46,422 nt of DNA from an uncultured Muribaculaceae bacterium (GTDB taxonomy: Bacteria > Bacillota_I > Bacilli_A > RF39 > UBA660). The translations under genes and the position numbers were made by a program. The notes under the pieces were generated by a model. It was given only the letters and a program-made list of their open reading frames with translations. It had not been told where the DNA came from and did not search any database. The DNA lies in NCBI GenBank assembly GCA_964514935.1, contig CAZEVZ010000001.1, forward strand, positions 1 through 46,422, given 5' to 3'. Shown piece by piece: positions 28,097 to 34,964 of this stretch. How positions within the stretch are numbered: position 1 is the stretch's first letter; every line of letters starts with the position of its first letter.

Positions 28097-28726
28097 CTAA
28101 AATTTTCGATATAAACCAATAGCCTTTCCTAAGATGGTAACATCATCTAAAATTATTGGTTCCATATAATCATTTTCTGGTTGTAATCTAAAGTGACCAT
28201 TTTCTTTATAAAATGTTTTTAACGTAACTTCATTTTCATTATTCATAGCAACAACCATGTCACCATTTTTGGCATTTTTTGTTCTCTCAACAATGACAAC
28301 GTCATCTGAAAGTATTCCCTTATTGATCATGCTTTCACCGTCAACTTTAAGGGTAAATACTTCTTTTTTCTTTGGAATTAAATATGCAGGTAAGGCAAAA
28401 ACTTCATTTGGTACCTCGATTGCTTCAATAGGTGAACCAGCTGTCACTTTACCAAGTAGTGGTACATTGACAACATCGTTTCCTTTGTCTTCATATTCAT
28501 TTGGAACCAATAGTTCCATCGCTCTGTTTCCCTCTTTACTCCTTTTAATATATCCTTTGTTAATTAGATGATTTATATGTACATGTACGGTTGCTGGACT
28601 AGATAAATTTATCGCCCCACAAATCTGTCTAATTGAAGGTGGATATTTATTTTCTGCATGAAATTGTTTGATATAATCTAAAACTTCTCTTTGTTTTCTT
28701 GTTAATCCTTCTGTTTTTTGTCTCAT
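28097..28726 (-). CDS. lexA: LexA repressor
   Basis: It has a winged-HTH N-terminus (LTRKQREVLDYIKQF...PSIRQI) and an S24 peptidase C-terminus (VDGESM...LKTF). The start is taken at the Met preceded by AAAGGAG (the track ORF is 10 codons longer). Confidence 0.9.
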   Translation of the reverse strand: MRQKTEGLTRKQREVLDYIKQFHAENKYPPSIRQICGAINLSSPATVHVHINHLINKGYIKRSKEGNRAMELLVPNEYEDKGNDVVNVPLLGKVTAGSPIEAIEVPNEVFALPAYLIPKKKEVFTLKVDGESMINKGILSDDVVIVERTKNAKNGDMVVAMNNENEVTLKTFYKENGHFRLQPENDYMEPIILDDVTILGKAIGLYRKF

Positions 28727-28773
28727 ATTAACTCCTTTCATAAAGTATATTATCACAAAAAAATATGTTTGTC

Positions 28774-28785
28774 AAACAATTGTTT
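28774..28785. promoter_or_regulatory. Candidate LexA operator next to the -35 of the lexA promoter
   Basis: A perfect palindrome AAACAATTGTTT lies next to the minus-strand promoter TTGACA (28775-28770), 17 nt, TAATAT (28752-28747). It resembles GAAC-N4-GTTC with A/T outer bases. Confidence 0.35.
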
Positions 28786-28924
28786 AGAAAATTATTGAAA
28801 AATAACAATGATAGGTAGTTTACACAAGAACGTAAAACACATACGAATGTTTATAAAATTTTACTTTTTCTATTGACACGAACAATTATATGTAATAAAA
28901 TGAAATTATGAAAGGGTGATTAGA

Positions 28925-29065
28925 ATGAATTTTTTAAAAAATAATAAAGGAGCTATCTTATTCTATGTAGTTATTTTAATGTCTACATTACTAATTATTA
29001 ACGATGTTAAAAGAGATGAATTTAGAGAAGAAAATCGTTATGTTATGACTAATTTACCAAACTAA
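28925..29065 (+). CDS. 46-aa single-TM peptide divergent from lexA (candidate SOS-induced division inhibitor)
   Basis: The peptide is MNFLKNNKGAILFYVVILMSTLLIINDVKRDEFREENRYVMTNLPN. The Shine-Dalgarno is AAGGGTGAT. The promoter is TTGACA (28873-28878), 17 nt, TAAAAT (28896-28901), with CGAACAATT in the spacer. Confidence 0.45.
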   Translation: MNFLKNNKGAILFYVVILMSTLLIINDVKRDEFREENRYVMTNLPN

Positions 29066-29074
29066 AAATACATA

Positions 29075-30001
29075 TCAATATTTTATTCCTTGATATGTAT
29101 TTCTTTTTTTCATTTCTTTATCGATATCATTGAGTAGTTGACATTTGTTTAATAACCAACTAGGTGCCAGTAGATTATCTTTATCTGGATCGGAAGTAAT
29201 TCGATTGATAACAATTTTAGGATCTAGGAGTTCAAGTTGTTTGATGACAATATCGATGTATTCTTCTTTAGTAATGATATGAAAATTTTCTTTTAGATAC
29301 AAACTAGCCATTTCCGTATCTTTTATTATATGTAACATATGAATTTTTATTCCCTGGATATCTAGTTCATTTAAATGTTTAACGGTTGCTAACATCATTT
29401 CTTCAGTTTCATATGGTAATCCATCAATAATATGTACGACGACATTGATATACCTTTCTCTTAATTTTTTGACCATTGAATCAAATTCGGCCAGTGAATG
29501 GCATCTATTTATCAACTTGGATGTCTTATCATGAATTGTTTGAAGACCTAATTCAATAGTTAAAAAGGTCTTTTTATTTAATTCAGTTAAATATTCTAAA
29601 CATTCATCGGTAATGGCATCGCATCTGGTAGCAATATTTAAACCAATGATATCAGGACAATTCAATACTTCTTCATATTTCTTTTTAAGAATATCAACGG
29701 GAGCATAGGTGTTGGTTCTGGCTTGAAAATAACCGATATATTTACATGGAATATTGGCTTTGTTGACAATTCTTTTCATATCTTCAACTTGTTCAGTTAA
29801 AGTTTTGCATCTATCACCACCAAATTCACCACTACCAGTTTTAGAACAATAGGTACATCCACCATATCCTTTAGTTCCATCTAAATTGGGACAAGTAAAT
29901 CCGGCATTTAAACTAATTTTAAAGACTTTTATTCCAAATTTGTTTTTATAAAAATAATTAAGGGTATGATATCTTTTATTATCTAAAGTATATTTAAACA
30001 T
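29075..30001 (-). CDS. Radical SAM protein, TIGR01212 (YhcC-like) family
   Basis: FTCPNLDGTKGYGGCTYCS near the N-terminus, together with the overall length, is typical of this family. Confidence 0.8.
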   Translation of the reverse strand: MFKYTLDNKRYHTLNYFYKNKFGIKVFKISLNAGFTCPNLDGTKGYGGCTYCSKTGSGEFGGDRCKTLTEQVEDMKRIVNKANIPCKYIGYFQARTNTYAPVDILKKKYEEVLNCPDIIGLNIATRCDAITDECLEYLTELNKKTFLTIELGLQTIHDKTSKLINRCHSLAEFDSMVKKLRERYINVVVHIIDGLPYETEEMMLATVKHLNELDIQGIKIHMLHIIKDTEMASLYLKENFHIITKEEYIDIVIKQLELLDPKIVINRITSDPDKDNLLAPSWLLNKCQLLNDIDKEMKKRNTYQGIKY

Positions 30002-30103
30002 AATACCACCAACAAGTATTTTAACATATATTCTAACTTTTAGGAATAATATTTCTTTTTTTCATAGAACATGCTACAATATATACGAATTGGAAGTGAT
30101 TTT

Positions 30104-31378
30104 ATGACGTTTGCTATTCATACATTTGGTTGTAAAGTAAATATTTATGAATCAGAATATGTAACTAATCTATTACTAAATAGTGGTTATAAGATGATAA
30201 ATTTTAATAGTAATGAAGAAGCCGATATTTATATAATCAATACCTGTACGGTAACGAATGAAGCTGATAAAAAAGATCGTAAACTTATTCATACGACTAG
30301 AAATAATCATAAAAATGCCATCTTAATAGTTATGGGGTGTTACTCACAATTAAATGCTGGTAGTATCATAGCTGATATTATTATTGGTAATAAGTATAAA
30401 AGTGAGATTATCGATTTAATTGATGAATATAACAAAAATCACCAAAAAATAGTAAAGGTAACCAATATTACTAAAACTAATTTTGAAGATATGTATATCG
30501 ATAGATTTTTAACTCATACGAGAGCCTTTGTTAAAATTCAAGATGGTTGTAATGCTTTTTGTGCTTACTGTACTATTCCTTATGCTAGAGGTGGTATTCG
30601 TAGTAAAGATTTTGATAAAGTGATTGCTGAAGTAACGAATCTTGTAGATAGTGGTTATAAAGAAATAGTCTTGACGGGTATACATACGGGGAGATATGGA
30701 ATAGATAAACATACCAATCTAGAAAAATTATTGCGAGAATTAGTTAAGATTAAGGGTATCTTTAGAATTCGTTTATCAAGTATTGAAATAAATGAAATAA
30801 CCGATGGTATCATCGATTTAATAAAAAATAATGATATTATGGCTAAACATTTACATATACCACTTCAATCAGGTAGTAATATAATTTTAAAGGATATGAA
30901 TAGGTTATATGATAAAGAAACCTTTATAGAAAAAATAGCTTATATTAGAAAAGAAATTCCCGATATTTCTATTACGACAGATTTAATTTTAGGGTTTCCT
31001 GGGGAAACGGATGAATTATTTAAAGAGACATTAGATACGTTAAATAAAATAAAATTTACGAAAATACATACTTTTCCGTATTCAAAAAGAAGTGGTACTA
31101 AAGCGGCCTCTATGCCTAATCAAATAGATGGTAATACGAAAAAATGTCGTGTTAGAGAAGTAATAAATTTATCTGATAAATATGAATTAGAGTATTATAA
31201 ATCAAAGATAGGTAATATCTACGATGGTATTATTGAAACGAGAAAAGATGGTAAAAAGATAGTAATTACTTCAAATTATATTCCTATTCAAGTGGAAACT
31301 GAATTAGTTAATAATACATTAGTTAAAGTTAAATTACAGGTAGTTAATGATAATGAAATAAGAGGAATTATTATGTAG
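30104..31378 (+). CDS. mtaB: Methylthiotransferase, MtaB-like (tRNA t6A37 methylthiolation)
   Basis: MTFAIHTFGCKVNIYESEY is the MTTase N-domain. The radical SAM motif CNAFCAYC and a C-terminal TRAM-like region are present. The start is taken at the Met after GGAAGTGA. Confidence 0.7.
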   Translation: MTFAIHTFGCKVNIYESEYVTNLLLNSGYKMINFNSNEEADIYIINTCTVTNEADKKDRKLIHTTRNNHKNAILIVMGCYSQLNAGSIIADIIIGNKYKSEIIDLIDEYNKNHQKIVKVTNITKTNFEDMYIDRFLTHTRAFVKIQDGCNAFCAYCTIPYARGGIRSKDFDKVIAEVTNLVDSGYKEIVLTGIHTGRYGIDKHTNLEKLLRELVKIKGIFRIRLSSIEINEITDGIIDLIKNNDIMAKHLHIPLQSGSNIILKDMNRLYDKETFIEKIAYIRKEIPDISITTDLILGFPGETDELFKETLDTLNKIKFTKIHTFPYSKRSGTKAASMPNQIDGNTKKCRVREVINLSDKYELEYYKSKIGNIYDGIIETRKDGKKIVITSNYIPIQVETELVNNTLVKVKLQVVNDNEIRGIIM

Positions 31379-31389
31379 TATAAAAAAAT

Positions 31390-31415
31390 AACATCACTAA
31401 TTATAGTGGTGTTTT
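31390..31415. terminator. mtaB terminator, bidirectional, left of cassette D
   Basis: Stem AACATCACTA (31390-31399) / TAGTGGTGTT (31404-31413). It has a T-run on the right and an A-run on the left. Confidence 0.6.
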
Positions 31416-31418
31416 ACA

Positions 31419-31632
31419 ATGTCAACTATAGGTTGCAAAGTCCTTAAGTATTTTACTTGAGGACTATCATTTCTATTAAAATAATACCATAAAATAAGGG
31501 AATGTGCAATAAAAATGGTGGTAATTTTTGAGAAAAAATTTTGTGTCAAATTTTCTTCATATTTTTGATAATCTCTTTATTTATAAGCATCTATGGAGAT
31601 AATAAAAGTTCTAAAGTAAAATACTTAAGGAC
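31419..31632. promoter_or_regulatory. Switch cassette D (candidate invertible promoter)
   Basis: The dyad is at 31419-31439. IR-L is at 31440-31464. IR-R is GTTCTAAAGTAAAATACTTAAGGAC at 31608-31632 (23/25). The minus-strand promoter is TTGCAC (31509-31504), 17 nt, TGgTATTAT (31486-31481). Confidence 0.6.
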
Positions 31633-31647
31633 AGAATGGTGATAAAG

Positions 31648-32640
31648 ATGAAGAAAATATGGAAGGACAATGCAAAGTTAATATTGATTGTAACTATAGC
31701 AATTGTATTGGCTAGTGGAGCGACATATGCCGCCACGACAATGTATGAATCAAATACCGTTGGCTATGATAATACGACAAGTGGACTTAATTCAACCAAT
31801 GTACAGGGAGCACTAGATGAACTATACGTATCAGCAAATAATTATGTAGCATATGATACTAGATTAGAAAATGTAGAAGATTTAATAAGAGCTAACGCAG
31901 GATTTCATAATTCAATATTTAGAGGAGAAGATGTTTCAAGTTATATGCCAAGTAGTGTTGTTTCTGGAGGAGATGGCTCTATATATAACCGAATTTCAGG
32001 AAATGGTTACTCATTATTTGAAGACTTATATGTCGGAGATTATATCGTAGCCAATAATATAACATGGCGAATAGCAGGATTTGATATCTATTATGGCAAA
32101 GGAGATACGGCATTTAATACTCATCACGCTGTAATTGTTCCTGACACGAACTTAACTAGTGCCGTTATGAATGATTCGAATACCACAAGTGGAGGATATG
32201 TTGGAAGTAAGATGTATACGACGACCTTACCAAGTGTTCTAACTACTTACATCAATCCCGTATTTAGTGGCCATGTACTATCACATAGAACATTATTAAC
32301 GAATAGTGTAGGTACTAGTGTAGCAAGTTCTGGATATGCAGGTTGGACTGGTGCAGCAAATAGTTGGGCTTGGTATGATAGACAAGTAGATTTGATGAAT
32401 GAAGTGCAAGTTACTGGCACTACAGCGGTATCAAGTAGTTTTTTCGATGTCGGGGCAGATAATATTCAATTCCCATTATTTAGACTAAGGCCAGAATTTG
32501 TTAATAAGCAGAGAAGTTGGTATTGGTTGCGTTCGGTTTCGTCCTCGTCTTATTTTGCTCTTATCAACGGCGGCGGGGATAGCAACCTCGGCAGCGCAAG
32601 CAACTCTTGCGGGGTGCGCCCAGCTTTTTACATCGGTTAA
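31648..32640 (+). CDS. Secreted tail-fibre-like family protein, paralogue 5 (long form; GC-rich NNC-codon 3' end)
   Basis: The start is at MKKIW as in the other paralogues (the track ORF begins 4 codons earlier). It is colinear with paralogue 1 and ends YWLRSVSSSSYFALINGGGDSNLGSASNSCGVRPAFYIG. Confidence 0.85.
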   Translation: MKKIWKDNAKLILIVTIAIVLASGATYAATTMYESNTVGYDNTTSGLNSTNVQGALDELYVSANNYVAYDTRLENVEDLIRANAGFHNSIFRGEDVSSYMPSSVVSGGDGSIYNRISGNGYSLFEDLYVGDYIVANNITWRIAGFDIYYGKGDTAFNTHHAVIVPDTNLTSAVMNDSNTTSGGYVGSKMYTTTLPSVLTTYINPVFSGHVLSHRTLLTNSVGTSVASSGYAGWTGAANSWAWYDRQVDLMNEVQVTGTTAVSSSFFDVGADNIQFPLFRLRPEFVNKQRSWYWLRSVSSSSYFALINGGGDSNLGSASNSCGVRPAFYIG

Positions 32641-32701
32641 ATTGTTAAAATAAAAGCAGACCATTTGCTATGTGTCTACTCTTATTTTTTTTAATATTAT
32701 G

Positions 32702-34813
32702 CTACTTTATTATATAATTATCTTTATCAACATCGATAGTGATAGTACTATTATATTTTATTTGATCACTAATGATTGCTTCAGCAATTAGAGATTCGAT
32801 ATTTTTAGTAACATATCTTTTTATTGGCCTTGCACCAAATGATTCATTATAAGATGAATTGATGATATGGTCTTTTGCCTTATCAGTTAAAATTATCTTA
32901 ATTCTCTTATCTGAAAGTCTCGCTTCAGTATTCTTAATAATGTTGTCTAAAATTTCATATATCGTATCTTTTGATAAGGAATTAAAAGTAATTATTTCAT
33001 CGATACGATTTAAAAATTCTGGTTTGAAAGTGTTTCGTAGTTCTTGTGTCATTAGTTCGTTTAGATTTGGTTCTTTATTTAGAATATAATCACTACCGAT
33101 GTTTGAAGTCATAATGATAATCGTATTTTTAAAATCGACAGTTCGTCCTTGAGAATCGGTGATTCTGCCATCATCCAATATTTGAAGAAGAATGTTAAAG
33201 ACGTCTTTGTGGGCTTTTTCTATCTCATCGAATAGGACAATGGAATAGGGGTTACGTCTTACGGCTTCGGTTAATTGACCACCTTCATCGTAACCGATGT
33301 ATCCGGGAGGAGCACCGACCAATCGCGATACGGAATGACTTTCCATATATTCGGACATATCGATACGGACGATGTGGCGTTCGTCGTCGAATAATTCGTA
33401 TGCTAAAGTTTTAGCAACTTCGGTTTTACCAACACCGGTAGGCCCTAAAAACATAAATGAACCAATTGGTCGATTCGGATCTTTAATACCGGCTCTGGCT
33501 CGTTTGATTGCTTCGGCTATTAAATGGATGGCTTCATCTTGGCCTTTAACTCTTTTTTTCATATTTGTCTCTAAATTTAATAGTTTATCTCTTTCACTGC
33601 CCACTAATTTTGTTATGGGAATATTAGTCCATTTAGATACAATATTGGCAACACCTTCCTCATCAACTGTATTACTTAATAGTAAATTGTTTTCATTGTT
33701 GAATTTAAGGGTAGCTAGTTTATCTTGTAATTCAGGAATTGTTCCATGCTTTAAGACGGCAGCTCTTTCGTAATTGTAGTCTGCTTCGGCTAGTTCTAAT
33801 TCGTGGTTTGCTTTATCCAACTCAATCTGGGTATTTTTAATTTCTTTGGATAGTTCTTTTTCTTTGTTCCATTTTTCTCTCAATGCCTTTTCTTCTTCGG
33901 ATAAAGAAGCCAATTTTTTGTCGATTTCATCTTTTCTTTTTAAAGAAATTTCATCTTTTTCTTTTTTTAATGATTCTTTTTCTATTTCAAGGGTCATAAT
34001 TTCTCTCGTTAGATAGTCTAGTTTAACGGGGACAGATTCCATTTGAACTTTAATGGTAGCACAAGCTTCATCGATTAAGTCGATGGCTTTATCGGGTAAA
34101 AATCTATCGGTGATGTATCTATTTGATAGATTAGCTGCACTGATTAGGGCGTTATCTTTAATGGTTACACCATGGAATGATTCGAAACGTGATTTTAATC
34201 CACGTAAAATGGCAATGGTATCTTCGACAGTTGGTTCGGTAACTAAAACTTTTTGAAACCTTCTTTCTAGAGCGCCATCTTTTTCAATGTATTTACGATA
34301 TTCGTTTAGAGTAGTGGCTCCAATACATAAAATTTCTCCACGGGCTAACATCGGTTTAAGTAAATTACCGGCATCCATGGCTCCTTCCATAGCTCCAGCA
34401 CCGACGAGTAGATGAATTTCATCGATAAATAAAATTATCTTGCCATCGGACTCTTTGATTTCTTTTAAAACAGCTTTCAATCTTTCTTCAAATTCACCAC
34501 GATATTTAGCACCAGCAATCAAAGCACCCATATCGAGAGACCAAATACGCTTATCTTTTAAATTGTTGGGAACATCTCCTTTGACAATACGGATAGCAAG
34601 TCCTTCGATAATAGCAGTTTTACCAACACCAGGTGAACCTATTAGTACGGGATTGTTTTTCGTTTTTCTTGATAAAATTCGTGTGATATTACGTATTTCT
34701 TCATCTCTGCCAATAACGGGATCAATTTTTCCATTTTTGGCTTCTTCGGTAACATCACGTCCATATTTTGTTAAAACATCTTGTAAATTTTCTTCATATG
34801 GATTTTGATTCAT
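32702..34813 (-). CDS. clpB: ClpB-type AAA+ disaggregase lacking the N-terminal domain
   Basis: It has two Walker A motifs ([18 protein letters not shown]) and a long coiled-coil middle domain between NBD1 and NBD2. The protein starts about 12 residues before the [27 protein letters not shown] motif. The start is at MNQNPYE, preceded by AAAGGAG. Confidence 0.85.
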   Translation of the reverse strand: MNQNPYEENLQDVLTKYGRDVTEEAKNGKIDPVIGRDEEIRNITRILSRKTKNNPVLIGSPGVGKTAIIEGLAIRIVKGDVPNNLKDKRIWSLDMGALIAGAKYRGEFEERLKAVLKEIKESDGKIILFIDEIHLLVGAGAMEGAMDAGNLLKPMLARGEILCIGATTLNEYRKYIEKDGALERRFQKVLVTEPTVEDTIAILRGLKSRFESFHGVTIKDNALISAANLSNRYITDRFLPDKAIDLIDEACATIKVQMESVPVKLDYLTREIMTLEIEKESLKKEKDEISLKRKDEIDKKLASLSEEEKALREKWNKEKELSKEIKNTQIELDKANHELELAEADYNYERAAVLKHGTIPELQDKLATLKFNNENNLLLSNTVDEEGVANIVSKWTNIPITKLVGSERDKLLNLETNMKKRVKGQDEAIHLIAEAIKRARAGIKDPNRPIGSFMFLGPTGVGKTEVAKTLAYELFDDERHIVRIDMSEYMESHSVSRLVGAPPGYIGYDEGGQLTEAVRRNPYSIVLFDEIEKAHKDVFNILLQILDDGRITDSQGRTVDFKNTIIIMTSNIGSDYILNKEPNLNELMTQELRNTFKPEFLNRIDEIITFNSLSKDTIYEILDNIIKNTEARLSDKRIKIILTDKAKDHIINSSYNESFGARPIKRYVTKNIESLIAEAIISDQIKYNSTITIDVDKDNYIIK

Positions 34814-34861
34814 ATATATCATCTCCTTTACATATAGAGTATAACACAAAATTAGCAATTG

Positions 34862-34888
34862 TCAATAGAGATTGCTAATTTATTATTA
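34862..34888. promoter_or_regulatory. CIRCE-like HrcA operator upstream of clpB
   Basis: TTAGCAATT-N9-GATTGCTAA compares with the consensus TTAGCACTC-N9-GAGTGCTAA (15/18). It overlaps the minus-strand promoter TTGACA ... TGtTATACT. Confidence 0.6.
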
Positions 34889-34964
34889 AATCGTACACTT
34901 ATTTGTATTTCTTTATTGACATTGTATTTTTAAATATATATAATTAAGTAAAGGATGTGGTATT

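Noticed and set aside
28828-28860. GAACGTAAAACA and ATACGAATGTTT as additional LexA boxes in the lexA / small-ORF intergenic region
   Set aside because: Neither forms a GAAC-N4-GTTC dyad (one half-site each at best). They are kept out of the feature list.
13203-31632. The four ~230-bp repeats as a CRISPR array, or as MITE/IS insertions
   Set aside because: They are not CRISPR. The units are far too long, lie kilobases apart, and each is fixed to a gene start.

They are not MITEs or IS elements. There is no transposase and no target-site duplication. Conservation extends beyond both inverted repeats, into the left dyad and into the signal-peptide coding region. The element always sits at the same distance from a paralogous ATG.
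31648-32640. A complete DGR (RT, accessory gene, template repeat) inside this window
   Set aside because: No ORF resembles a reverse transcriptase, and I found no second copy of the 32525-32625 segment in the window. Only the variable-region-like signature is reported.
28257-34808. Plus-strand track ORFs antisense to lexA (28257..28571) and clpB (32859..33089, 33372..33773, 34053..34256, 34440..34808)
   Set aside because: They are antisense to strongly supported conserved genes.
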